A stretch of DNA of 64,000 bases from TPA_inf: Saccharomyces (Eukaryota). Numbering within the stretch: position 1 is the stretch's first letter; each line of letters starts with the position of its first letter. The stretch spans positions 1,088,001 to 1,152,000 of the forward strand of contig BK006938.2 in assembly GCA_000146045.2 (NCBI GenBank), given 5' to 3'. Below are positions 50,901 to 61,950 of the stretch, one piece after another. A program made the translations under genes and the position numbers. Below the pieces are notes generated by a model. The model had not been told where the DNA came from. It saw only the letters and a list, made by a program, of their open reading frames with translations, and did no database searches.

Positions 50901-52476
50901 AAAGGTGTGTAACCATCCCAATTTATTTGAAGTGAGGCCAATATTAACATCATTTGTCCTTGAACATTGTGTAGCTTCCGACTACAAGGATGTAGAAAGG
51001 ACTCTGCTTAAATTGTTCAAAAAAAACAATCAAGTTAACCGGGTTGACTTGGATTTCTTGAACTTGGTGTTTACGCTTAATGACAAAGATTTAACTTCTT
51101 ATCATGCCGAGGAAATCTCAAAACTGACGTGTGTAAAAAACTTCGTTGAAGAAGTCAATAAATTGAGGGAAACCAATAAACAGCTTCAGGAGGAGTTTGG
51201 AGAGGCGTCTTTTTTAAATTTTCAAGATGCAAATCAATATTTCAAGTATTCTAATAAGCAGAAACTTGAAGGGACAGTTGACATGCTAAACTTTCTAAAG
51301 ATGGTAAATAAACTTAGATGCGACAGAAGACCCATATTCGGAAAGAACCTTATTGACCTATTAACGAAAGATAGAAGGGTTAAATATGATAAATCAAGCA
51401 TTATTGATAATGAACTAATAAAACCCTTGCAAACCAGGGTATTGGATAATAGAAAGATCATAGATACCTTTGCAGTGTTAACCCCAAGTGCCGTCTCACT
51501 AGATATGAGAAAGTTGGCATTGGGATTAAATGATGACAGTTCGGTAGGCGAAAACACAAGGCTAAAGGTAATGCAGAACTGTTTTGAAGTATCCAACCCA
51601 TTACACCAACTGCAAACCAAATTAACAATCGCATTCCCGGACAAATCGCTGCTTCAATACGATTGTGGTAAATTGCAGAAGTTAGCAATTTTATTACAGC
51701 AGCTGAAGGACAATGGACATAGGGCACTTATCTTCACACAAATGACAAAAGTTTTGGACGTTCTGGAACAGTTTTTAAACTATCATGGTTATTTGTATAT
51801 GAGACTAGATGGTGCCACAAAGATCGAAGACCGTCAAATCCTAACAGAGAGATTCAACACTGACTCAAGAATAACGGTATTTATCCTATCAAGTAGATCA
51901 GGAGGGCTAGGTATCAATCTGACTGGGGCAGATACAGTTATTTTTTACGATTCAGATTGGAATCCAGCCATGGACAAACAGTGTCAAGATAGATGTCACA
52001 GAATTGGACAGACTCGAGATGTGCATATTTACAGATTTGTCAGCGAACATACCATAGAAAGCAATATCTTAAAAAAAGCCAACCAAAAAAGACAATTGGA
52101 TAATGTTGTTATTCAAGAGGGTGACTTCACAACAGATTATTTCAGCAAACTTTCGGTGAGAGATTTATTGGGATCCGAATTGCCCGAAAATGCTTCAGGT
52201 GGAGATAAACCACTAATAGCAGATGCAGATGTGGCAGCCAAAGATCCCAGACAACTGGAAAGACTTCTTGCGCAAGCGGAAGATGAGGATGATGTTAAAG
52301 CTGCAAACTTAGCCATGAGAGAAGTCGAAATTGACAATGACGATTTCGACGAAAGCACAGAAAAAAAAGCAGCTAATGAAGAGGAAGAAAATCATGCTGA
52401 ACTTGATGAGTATGAGGGCACTGCCCATGTTGACGAGTACATGATCAGGTTTATTGCCAACGGTTATTATTATTGA
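47932..52476 (+). CDS. SWR1: Swi2/Snf2-family ATPase, catalytic subunit of the SWR1 H2A.Z-exchange complex, 1514 aa
   Basis: It has an HSA region, an SNF2_N domain with DEMGLGKT and MVLDEAHNIKN, a long insertion, and then helicase-C (…LSSRSGGLGINLTGADTVIFYDSDWNPAMDKQCQDRCHRIGQTRDV…). Confidence 0.95.
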   Translation: MTTSRKSHAKDKKAGGEQDLADLKFRYDLLTNELFHLREFVSLVDYDPTHFNDSESFQKFLRETHLSLEERGEKFTDDVAKKGTNGDLTRRRRNLRTSTVVSSETTNEKKGDIELKLESIAPLVRNKCEELKYKLSDHSNRKSIVPQKRPIQHLKKREAAKSLKFKSERKENPLPLHEHIAEERYDHIAKVEEPSEAFTIKCPSDDSSFENTSEHYSDNFYFTTSSEEEDIKKKRGRKKKKPRIKLVVHPPKQTITNPLHVVKPGYESLHEYIASFKSLEDDLTLEEYNKYIDEQRRLLSRLKKGIENGALKYDKETDSLQPITSKEIKTIITYKPDPISYFYKQQDLQIHTDHLINQGIHMSKLFRSSTKARIARAKKVSQMIEQHFKHVAGAEERKAKEEERHKKSLARFAVQAVKKRWNMAEKAYRILRKDEEEQLKRIEGKQHLSKMLEKSTQLLEAQLNQVNDDGRSSTPSSDSNDVLSESDDDMDDELSTSSDEDEEVDADVGLENSPASTEATPTDESLNLIQLKEKYGHFNGSSTVYDSRNKDEKFPTLDKHESSSSESSVMTGEESSIYSSSENESQNENDRESDDKTPSVGLSALFGKGEESDGDLDLDDSEDFTVNSSSVEGEELEKDQVDNSAATFERAGDFVHTQNENRDDIKDVEEDAETKVQEEQLSVVDVPVPSLLRGNLRTYQKQGLNWLASLYNNHTNGILADEMGLGKTIQTISLLAYLACEKENWGPHLIVVPTSVLLNWEMEFKRFAPGFKVLTYYGSPQQRKEKRKGWNKPDAFHVCIVSYQLVVQDQHSFKRKRWQYMVLDEAHNIKNFRSTRWQALLNFNTQRRLLLTGTPLQNNLAELWSLLYFLMPQTVIDGKKVSGFADLDAFQQWFGRPVDKIIETGQNFGQDKETKKTVAKLHQVLRPYLLRRLKADVEKQMPAKYEHIVYCKLSKRQRFLYDDFMSRAQTKATLASGNFMSIVNCLMQLRKVCNHPNLFEVRPILTSFVLEHCVASDYKDVERTLLKLFKKNNQVNRVDLDFLNLVFTLNDKDLTSYHAEEISKLTCVKNFVEEVNKLRETNKQLQEEFGEASFLNFQDANQYFKYSNKQKLEGTVDMLNFLKMVNKLRCDRRPIFGKNLIDLLTKDRRVKYDKSSIIDNELIKPLQTRVLDNRKIIDTFAVLTPSAVSLDMRKLALGLNDDSSVGENTRLKVMQNCFEVSNPLHQLQTKLTIAFPDKSLLQYDCGKLQKLAILLQQLKDNGHRALIFTQMTKVLDVLEQFLNYHGYLYMRLDGATKIEDRQILTERFNTDSRITVFILSSRSGGLGINLTGADTVIFYDSDWNPAMDKQCQDRCHRIGQTRDVHIYRFVSEHTIESNILKKANQKRQLDNVVIQEGDFTTDYFSKLSVRDLLGSELPENASGGDKPLIADADVAAKDPRQLERLLAQAEDEDDVKAANLAMREVEIDNDDFDESTEKKAANEEEENHAELDEYEGTAHVDEYMIRFIANGYYY

Positions 52477-53167
52477 AGGACCAGGTTCTACTCTTCACCG
52501 CTGCCTTAGTTGTCCAAATCGGACTATATACCTATTGTGAATATTTTAATGATATATAGCCATAATGAATCAACAAATTGTATTATTATTTCCGACAACA
52601 CTATCGCCTCTTGGTTTTTATGGTAATGTACTCACCATGGCATTGTTCCTTGGTCACCAATTTCTATTTACCGGGTGATGGCGGCGCGCCACAGCGGAGG
52701 GGCATTGCCACATTGCTGCGCGATCAAGGTTGGTTTTTCCAAAGAGACTTCAAGAGTACTAAGCTTTTGATGTAGTAATATTTGTCAAAGAGTTTTAAGA
52801 GCAAGATTCCATTGAACAGAGGTGCTGGAGTGACGAGCGTGTGTGTTTTTAGCCTATCTTTATTCGTTGAGCCTGTAGAAGAGCCGTTCTTTTAAGTACA
52901 CCCTGATTAGATCCCCCTATTTGTTGCAACCGTTCAAGTTTTGTAGATCGGAAGAAGAGCAAAACAGAAAAATAAACAAGGCGAGAACGTAAGGTGTCAT
53001 TGCATTAGCCATTAAAAACCATATTCACTCTTTACATTCGTGTAGCAATTGTTACTGTGATAAACTATTGAAATTATTTATAGTATATTTTGTTTTCTTC
53101 CTTTTAATCACTTTTTGAATTTTTAGAATCTGAAATTTTTTTTCTAACGTTGATTGGAAGAAAAGTA

Positions 53168-56100
53168 ATGGATTCCACAGGCGCTTCTCAGATTGTTAGC
53201 GCACTAGATGTTATTTACTCCCCCAAGTCTAACAATTCTCAACGGCAAGAAGCTCAGAAATTTTTAGATGAAGTGAAATTATGCTCAGAATCGCCCTTTT
53301 GGGGCTACGAAATTGCATTGCAAAACCCCACTAATTCTATATTGAAATACTTTGGACTAGGATTACTAGACCATGCAGTGAAGAAAAACTGGAATGATTA
53401 TGACGAGGGGAAAAGAGTGGCCCTGAGAAAATGGGTCATGGAACTTAATTTTGGGGTGCAAGATTATGATACCAGATATATTAAGGAAAAATTAGCCACT
53501 TTATGGGTAGAGGTGGCAAAAAGAACATGGGGTGAGGCTCTTAAGCAGACAAACCCTACGGAAGAACAGTTACTCACATCTTGGGTGGACATGGACAATA
53601 ACCTTTTCGAACTTTGGAACATAAATCAATCGTCAAGAGAACTAGCATTAATAATTTTCAGAATCCTTTTTGAAGATGTTTTCTTGTTGGACGACCTAAT
53701 TGTTTTGAAAAGGATGACGGTTATTCAACCCTTATGTGTAATGATTGTTTGCCCTATTGAAGTTTTCGCAATAAAATACAAATTCAGTGATAAATGGACC
53801 AAATTTAAAGCTAATGAAGAGGGCTGGTTTTCTGTTTGGATTCCAGAGTTGAATAATGCATTACAACAGAATAATTCTGAATACATCATAAGGCTTTTAG
53901 AAACTCTGAAGACGTGTTTAAACTGGCCATTAACAGAGGTCATTGTAAGAAATGACGTGTTATCCTCCTTATTGACTTGTTTATCCAGCAATATCCCAAG
54001 GGCGCAGTCAATGGCATTAGACTCGATACATATTCTGTTGACCCGTCCCTATAGTAATGAAAGCCATTACCAAATGACCATAGATCGAGTTTTTGATAAT
54101 ATGGACTTATTAGATAGCGTTTATGAAAGCTTGTTGTTTGATCCTACAGATGATATAGATGAAACGAAATATCCTATAATTAAAAAGTTCGTGGATATGA
54201 TCAGTTGTCTCTATGTTTGTGTCCCAAAGATTAAGGAGACAAATGGCCAAATTCAAAAATATTTTAAGCTTGTATTAAAGACAACTTATAACCCAAGCTT
54301 AATCGTTAGCGGATTAACATTAGACCTATGGTGTACCTGTCTTCGAAACGATGAATACTTACCCAAGCTGGAGAAATATGTCATTCCTGATCTACTACAG
54401 TTTGCCGCGGATGCTTTAGTCTATTATGAACAGATTGATGGTCATATTTCCAAAAAATTTGCGGAGATTGATTTTCAATCCAAGTCCGAATTTCAAACAT
54501 TTTGTTCCACTTATAGGAAAAGAATAAGAGACATCATTAGGTTGATTTCTTGCGTCGAATTAGACCTTACTTATGATTGGTTGAACAACAGATTAAACAA
54601 TTATTTCAGCTCTCCATTTGGTCAGCAGGTCTTAAGTTCCACATTTTTGGACCATAAATTAGAGCCTTATTTAGGTGCCCTCTCCCAATACATGATTGTT
54701 GAATGTTTCATCAATGGTTGTATAAGATGGAAGATCTGGTATCCAACAGGAGATGATTATGACGAAAAACTAGATTCCATATTACAAAAACTGGAAATTT
54801 TGTCAAACCAGTTAATTGCATTAAATTTAAGAGAACCATTGTTATTGAAGAAACAAATCCAAAATTTTGCACTTTTTTTGACAATGTTAAAAGATAATGT
54901 GCTTTTCACACTTTTAGAAAAAATCATAACAAGCGCCACGATGGACTATCCAGAAATTAATTTGGAAGAGAGAGGCGCTGAATCAGACGCAGTTAGAGAT
55001 TTGAGATATGCTTGTGGTATCGAGTTGAATAGGATGGCTTTATTAATGCCCGAATCTCTGAAAAAAATATACCCAGACCTTGAAAGTGTCATTGCCAGAA
55101 TCATGCCCAACTTATCTTACCATGAAAAAATTTCCTTCAAATCCTTCTTATTGATCATTGTATTGAAGTCTTCATTAGATATGAAAGAGGAAAGATTTGC
55201 GGCTATTGTGGATCCAGAACTTTTAGCCTGGTCTGATAAAACAACAGTTGTTGGTCTTTCTGATTTGCATTGGTTTATGGAACGCTTAGGTATTGTTCAG
55301 ATCGCAGAATATTTCCAGAGGCGTGATATCGACGAAAATAGTGACCTTTTATCAATTCCAATTGATGATGAGGGTAAAGAGCTGAAGTCGGAATTGACCA
55401 AACGTTGGCAAAGCTTGTTTCCTGTTCGTGCAACAAGAATGTTCATTCATTATTCAATGCAAAGTATAAAGACAGATGAAGAATTCAAAATGCTACAAGA
55501 TCTGTGGAGACCTAGGATTGTCCCAATATTACCTTACATCACGAGACTACTGTACCAATTGCAATCCTACCACGATCCAGATAATTGGAAAGGATTACCT
55601 ACGGTTGTGCAATCCTTCGTCAAGTATTCCACTATTGAAAGATTTTGGGAGGCCGGAGCTTCAAATAAATCAAAGGATGAGTTTATTGATGAACATATGA
55701 AAGCGATGCAAACCTTACGAGACTTCGCCGACTCCGTAGGACACATCATTAGGTATACAAGGGAATACACTCTACTTGTTTTAAGTGCCATATCATCACT
55801 TGGTAGTGTTTTTTACCTTTTGGACGAATCGCCCGACCTACTACTGAACTCTATTGCCATATTTAAGCCAGGTAGCAATGAGATAAGCCCTGGAGTTTCA
55901 ACACATGGATGGAAACACATAATGAATATAGCCATTCGTCCTATATTAAAAGGTTGTCCAAAAGATTGTCTGGGGAAATTCATGCCCGCATTTTTGCCTA
56001 AATTATTTGAAATCCTGGACCTGCTGCTATGTCAGAAATGGTCCTCGCATATGAATGATATGGACATGAACCCAGTTCCAACTGACGATGATCAAATGAC

Positions 56101-56842
56101 TGAAGAAATTTTGGAAGAGAATTTGTTGAGACAACTAACCACAGTTGTTGTTAGAATAGTAATTGATTGTGTTGGTCAAGGCAATGCCAATCCAAACAGT
56201 GCTAAAAGCAGGCTAAATAACCATCAAATGGAGATGAGAAAAATTATATTTAATGATTTAAACACCCTTGCTCCATTTTTGAAACTTTTGAACCATTTAA
56301 TTTCCTTCAAGGATACAAAATGTTCATTTAACTCCATCCTAGTAATGAAATGCTGCTTAACCTCAGTCCTTAATCAAAACAACACGGTGGATGAATATTT
56401 CACATTTGAAGTGATGAAAAATCTGTTGCTAAATGTGCTGTGTAATAGTGCGTTTAAGGATTCTTTCCATGAGGCACTATATGCTTTCACTGTGATTTTT
56501 TTGACTCTGTGCAAAGAATATCCCTCTGCTAGAGCGTTCCTTTTTGAGATATCTAATGGTTATAATATTGATGAGTTATACAGAAATTTAAGGAGCGTGG
56601 ACGAATACAAAACACAAAGGGCACTCATGATTGATTTTATAGATTGGGTTAAATCCACCAGTGGGAAAGAAGATGGTAATGTGGACCATGCAGGCGATGA
56701 GAGAAAAAGACAAGAGAAAAGGGAAGCTATCCTCAAGAAGGCAAATGAGAGATTAATTAAGAAGAATAAAGAAAACGGAGACATGCTGGATGATCCGAAC
56801 ATTGAAGACGGTGCTGTGGGTAATCTCTTTGATGACAACTGA
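53168..56842 (+). CDS. MSN5: Exportin-5-family karyopherin, 1224 aa
   Basis: ATG at 53168 (the track adds 6 aa from an upstream non-ATG start). It is a long all-helical HEAT-type protein; length and synteny match. Confidence 0.85.
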   Translation: MDSTGASQIVSALDVIYSPKSNNSQRQEAQKFLDEVKLCSESPFWGYEIALQNPTNSILKYFGLGLLDHAVKKNWNDYDEGKRVALRKWVMELNFGVQDYDTRYIKEKLATLWVEVAKRTWGEALKQTNPTEEQLLTSWVDMDNNLFELWNINQSSRELALIIFRILFEDVFLLDDLIVLKRMTVIQPLCVMIVCPIEVFAIKYKFSDKWTKFKANEEGWFSVWIPELNNALQQNNSEYIIRLLETLKTCLNWPLTEVIVRNDVLSSLLTCLSSNIPRAQSMALDSIHILLTRPYSNESHYQMTIDRVFDNMDLLDSVYESLLFDPTDDIDETKYPIIKKFVDMISCLYVCVPKIKETNGQIQKYFKLVLKTTYNPSLIVSGLTLDLWCTCLRNDEYLPKLEKYVIPDLLQFAADALVYYEQIDGHISKKFAEIDFQSKSEFQTFCSTYRKRIRDIIRLISCVELDLTYDWLNNRLNNYFSSPFGQQVLSSTFLDHKLEPYLGALSQYMIVECFINGCIRWKIWYPTGDDYDEKLDSILQKLEILSNQLIALNLREPLLLKKQIQNFALFLTMLKDNVLFTLLEKIITSATMDYPEINLEERGAESDAVRDLRYACGIELNRMALLMPESLKKIYPDLESVIARIMPNLSYHEKISFKSFLLIIVLKSSLDMKEERFAAIVDPELLAWSDKTTVVGLSDLHWFMERLGIVQIAEYFQRRDIDENSDLLSIPIDDEGKELKSELTKRWQSLFPVRATRMFIHYSMQSIKTDEEFKMLQDLWRPRIVPILPYITRLLYQLQSYHDPDNWKGLPTVVQSFVKYSTIERFWEAGASNKSKDEFIDEHMKAMQTLRDFADSVGHIIRYTREYTLLVLSAISSLGSVFYLLDESPDLLLNSIAIFKPGSNEISPGVSTHGWKHIMNIAIRPILKGCPKDCLGKFMPAFLPKLFEILDLLLCQKWSSHMNDMDMNPVPTDDDQMTEEILEENLLRQLTTVVVRIVIDCVGQGNANPNSAKSRLNNHQMEMRKIIFNDLNTLAPFLKLLNHLISFKDTKCSFNSILVMKCCLTSVLNQNNTVDEYFTFEVMKNLLLNVLCNSAFKDSFHEALYAFTVIFLTLCKEYPSARAFLFEISNGYNIDELYRNLRSVDEYKTQRALMIDFIDWVKSTSGKEDGNVDHAGDERKRQEKREAILKKANERLIKKNKENGDMLDDPNIEDGAVGNLFDDN

Positions 56843-57091
56843 TAATAAGGTGCCATATATACGTAGATGTGTAGATGAAATTAGAGAAAGCAAATAGACA
56901 TCTGAATCGTGCTAAAAATTGTAATTATTGTGAAAAAAAAAATTCTGTATTCGCAATTTTTTTAATGAAAGTCGGCAGCCGGTAAATATGCATATAATCA
57001 AGCGTTTTAATGTGGGTCTGAACAAGGTATTTCTGAAGATTTTTTCTTCACATATTCCCTAATATTTTAGCGAAATAGGAAACCATTGGCA

Positions 57092-58036
57092 ATGGAACAA
57101 CTGTGTAAGAGGTACGTGCATACACCGGCGGCTTTTATACAAAACATTGTTGCTAACACTAAAAGAACAACGCTAGCCACGCAATTATCTGTTGAAAAAG
57201 CTAAAAAAAAAGTTCCCAAGACAGCTCTTAAAAAGAAACTTAATAGTAGGCCAAAAGAAAGGCTTCCGAATTGGCTAAAACTAAACGATGTTTTTAACAT
57301 ACATTACGAAAAGCCATCTAACTCTGATATAAATAAGGTTAACAGATTCTTCAACAAGGCTAAAGTGGAATTTGAATGGTGTGCAGCTAGTTTTGATGAC
57401 ATACCAGAAAATCCCTTCCTGAATAAGAAATCTCATAAGGACATATTGAAAGATCATGGGGAATGTGGAACTACATTGATTGATACTTTGCCAGAAGTCA
57501 TCTTTCTCGGAGGAACTAATGTGGGGAAGTCCTCTATCTTGAACAACATAACCACCTCGCATGTAAGCAGAGATTTAGGAAGTTTGGCAAGAGTGTCTAA
57601 AACAACAGGATTCACAAAAACTCTCAACTGTTATAATGTGGGAAATAGACTCAGAATGATCGATTCGCCTGGTTATGGCTTTAATAGTAGTAAAGAGCAA
57701 GGAAAAGTCACTTTGCAGTACCTCCTGGAGAGGAAACAACTTGTCAGATGCTTTCTCTTACTCGCTGGAGATAAGGAGATAAATAACACAGATAATATGA
57801 TCATTCAATACATTCATGAACACGGAGTTCCTTTTGAAGTTGTTTTTACGAAAATGGACAAGGTTAAAGATTTAAATAAGTTTAAGAAGAAGGTTATGAG
57901 TTCAGGGTTAATGGACTTACCAACTCTACCCAGACTTGTATTGACTAACTCGCTTACGTCCAGTACATCTCCTAAACGGTTCGGTATAGATCTTCTAAGA
58001 TATGTAATATTTCAAAGCTGTGGTTTGATTTTATGA
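57092..58036 (+). CDS. MRX8: Mitochondrial YihA/EngB-type GTPase, 314 aa
   Basis: P-loop G1 is (GGTNVGKSSILN), G3 is (DSPGYG) and G4 is (TKMD). The first ATG is at 57092. Confidence 0.8.
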   Translation: MEQLCKRYVHTPAAFIQNIVANTKRTTLATQLSVEKAKKKVPKTALKKKLNSRPKERLPNWLKLNDVFNIHYEKPSNSDINKVNRFFNKAKVEFEWCAASFDDIPENPFLNKKSHKDILKDHGECGTTLIDTLPEVIFLGGTNVGKSSILNNITTSHVSRDLGSLARVSKTTGFTKTLNCYNVGNRLRMIDSPGYGFNSSKEQGKVTLQYLLERKQLVRCFLLLAGDKEINNTDNMIIQYIHEHGVPFEVVFTKMDKVKDLNKFKKKVMSSGLMDLPTLPRLVLTNSLTSSTSPKRFGIDLLRYVIFQSCGLIL

Positions 58037-58312
58037 TCACAATATGTATCTATATATTGCTGATTGCATTTCAGCTTTTAACGAAAGTCCGCTATGCAAA
58101 ACAGGTAACATAGCTGTAATACGTGAGCTCAACCAGCTTTGTTTGATCTTTTCTTATTTCGCCGTTCCACGGTTTTCCGTGATAGAGCAAGCAATATTGA
58201 TTTGAAAAGAAAAATGAAAAGCGGTCAAGGTTAAAAACTTGCAATAAGGGTATTTAGCACTAGGTAGTCGCAGGTAAGCCTCTTAACACCACATTCAGGT
58301 ATTTGAAGATAA

Positions 58313-59179
<867 letters not shown>

Positions 59180-59378
59180 AATAATTTGAATCATATGTAG
59201 AAAAGCTTGTAAATAAGAAACCGTCATATTCTTTTTTTTTTTTTGACCGCGTATGAATCAGTAATTTATTTCATTTTGAATTACATCATTATAAAAAGTT
59301 CTTAGTAATATATGCATTGGGTATACAATCACGTGTACTATCAAATAAAGAAATGAAAATACGGATATACCTCTGTAA

Positions 59379-61466
59379 TTAAGCCCCTAAGAGGGCTGTG
59401 TTTTCATCAGGATCGTCTGAGTCTGTTAAATACTCATCGCTATCTACTTCATCATCTTCGGTTTCTTTCAAAATCTCAGCATAGGTCATAATTTTGTCCC
59501 AATCGGGAAATAATACGTAATAAGCCTCAACTAGCCCAATTAAAAGCATGGCACTTCCAATACCAATCCAAAGACCATACAATTTCATGTCAAAGAACCA
59601 ACTTAGGATGAGAGCCAGGGGAATTCCAAATAGATAGTAAGCCATTAAATTTACTATACTTCCTAGAGATTGCATGCCTTGACCCCTGAGGCAAGACCCA
59701 GCAACGGCATTAAGCGAGTCGAAATTTTGCACAATACCCACCAAGGGCAATACTTGCGCAATTAATTTGATGACTTCGGGATCTTTTGAGTAAATGTTGG
59801 CGATTAGATTACGTCCAAATACTAGTATGCAGCAATTGATGAACCCCGCAATAAACGAAAATGACAACCCAACTTGAGAAGAGATGTGCGCGAAATCGGT
59901 TCTTTTTGCACCAATGAAGTTCGCAATTCTCGTAGAGGTAGATATACCTATTGCAAATGGGATCATATAGAGCAATGCAGCCATAGTAGATACTGCCGAC
60001 TGAGCTGCTAGATAACTGACACCGTAATATGCACTAAATAACGTCAATAGTTCATATGACAGCTCTTCCGCCTCCAACATAATAATACCTGAGAAGGCTA
60101 AATGCCCTAAATCATTCCAATGGGTGAAAGCCTTCCTTGAGAATCCACCCCAGCATTTTCTTCCATCAATATACAATGCATAAAACAATAGTAAGAAAAA
60201 CATTAGCCAGAAGTTAAGCACAACGGCAATTGCAGCCCCAATAAATCCAACACCAATGTACTTGTTCCAAACGAGAGTGTAACTGACTAATACGTTTAAG
60301 GGAGCACATATTGTCAAAACGTAGATGCCTGCATCGAAAATACCTTGGGCTTGTAAAAATCGTTTTAAATTTTCAAAAAAAATATACGCTGGCGCTCCCA
60401 ATATTAGTACTCTTAAAAATCGTGACGTTAGGTTGATTAATTCTTTCTCAGGGATGATATAAGAAAGAAGAGGTTCAGAATACCACCACATGACAGCAAA
60501 AGGTATATATATGACCAATGAAAAAGCAATGCAACGTTGAAGGTGAACTCCTACACTGTAGAATCTCCCAGAGCCATACGCTTGAGGGCATAGAGTATCT
60601 AGACTAGTGGCAATACCCTCGAATATCGCTAGTGTTATATTAGAAGTCATGGATGCTAAGGACACAGCTGCTAGTTCATTTTTGCCTAAGTGGCCCACAG
60701 TTAATGAACATACCATAGGGAAAATCTGTTCCAATAAGAATGTGAAAATTAGAGGGAAGGAATAAGATGCCAAAACTCTTGCTTCTGATTTGAAGGTGAC
60801 GTGGCTGTGAGCCAATTCTGCTAGTGCCTCAGAATCGTTCTCGTCGATCTCTTGGTAAATTGTGGGAACTGAGCCTCGGCTAGTCACAGATACGAATGAT
60901 GGTCTTCTGTGATGTGAGGTGCCTTTAGCGTCTGTTACCGCACTTCGAGTTAATTTCTGTTTCTGAGCTTGGAGTCTATTCATAAATTCGTCATATTCTA
61001 GTTCTCTTCCAGAATATTCTTGTATTCTATCTGGTGTGTTGCTTTGACTTGCTTCCTCATTATCAGAGTTGCATACCGATGAGTATCGTCGTTCATGTTC
61101 ATGTAGAATCCAATCAACATCTTGTGGCGAAAGCTCAGGAGTTTCTGATACCCTTGATGGTAGAGAAATCGTTCTGCTCAGTTCGCCATCTTCTTCATCA
61201 TGATAGTAAAGGTCAGGTTCCTCATCAATATTACCTAAGTACGGATTTGGTTCATGGACGTTACTTCCAAAATCATCTGTTAAAGATCTGAAACTCCTCT
61301 GATCAATATTTCTCGTTCTTGCACGAAATTTTCGTACCAGAGGATTCTTCTTGTTGGGAGGTAGGAAGCCTAGCGATATCCTCCTGTGAGTGTTACCGAT
61401 ACCCATACCATTTGTTCGGAGGGAAGGATGCACTTCTGAAAGAGTCTTTGACAAAATTCCAGCCAT
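59379..61466 (-). CDS. Uncharacterised MATE-family (multidrug and toxic compound extrusion) transporter, 695 aa (locus recalled as YDR338C)
   Basis: Roughly 12 predicted TM helices follow a long hydrophilic N-terminus of about 230 aa, with MATE-like helix pairs. ATG is cat at 61464-61466. Confidence 0.85.
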   Translation of the reverse strand: MAGILSKTLSEVHPSLRTNGMGIGNTHRRISLGFLPPNKKNPLVRKFRARTRNIDQRSFRSLTDDFGSNVHEPNPYLGNIDEEPDLYYHDEEDGELSRTISLPSRVSETPELSPQDVDWILHEHERRYSSVCNSDNEEASQSNTPDRIQEYSGRELEYDEFMNRLQAQKQKLTRSAVTDAKGTSHHRRPSFVSVTSRGSVPTIYQEIDENDSEALAELAHSHVTFKSEARVLASYSFPLIFTFLLEQIFPMVCSLTVGHLGKNELAAVSLASMTSNITLAIFEGIATSLDTLCPQAYGSGRFYSVGVHLQRCIAFSLVIYIPFAVMWWYSEPLLSYIIPEKELINLTSRFLRVLILGAPAYIFFENLKRFLQAQGIFDAGIYVLTICAPLNVLVSYTLVWNKYIGVGFIGAAIAVVLNFWLMFFLLLFYALYIDGRKCWGGFSRKAFTHWNDLGHLAFSGIIMLEAEELSYELLTLFSAYYGVSYLAAQSAVSTMAALLYMIPFAIGISTSTRIANFIGAKRTDFAHISSQVGLSFSFIAGFINCCILVFGRNLIANIYSKDPEVIKLIAQVLPLVGIVQNFDSLNAVAGSCLRGQGMQSLGSIVNLMAYYLFGIPLALILSWFFDMKLYGLWIGIGSAMLLIGLVEAYYVLFPDWDKIMTYAEILKETEDDEVDSDEYLTDSDDPDENTALLGA

Positions 61467-61950
61467 TTTTTCAACCTTTTTTTTATCCGTATATATTAAG
61501 GTATGCTATATGTGTATTTTCCAATGTTTAGTTTTTATAATAATACTTCTTCAGCATCAAATATGCTTGCTTATGTAAAAATACAATCAAGTTTTGTCCC
61601 TTGCTTGCGCGAAGATGAAAACTTCCTTAAGAAATATTCTGCATCGCGTGGAACCCATGGAAGAGGATAATAGCTGACAGTGATATTATGAAAAGATGCC
61701 AAATGGTTACCGTTTATAACTGTTACTGGTCGCGTCTCAAACGCCCTCTTTTTTCTCCTTGCATTTGCGTTTCTTTAGAGCAATTATTGAGTAAATGGTC
61801 TTGAAAAGAAATAGAAATATCCTTAGGCATTTCAGTTCATCTGAAAACATGCTCCAATACGGGCAAACCATGAACTTGTTGTTATGAAATTAATATACAT
61901 ATAAACCAAAAACATTGCACTACATACTTAAAGAGTGAATACACAGTAGT

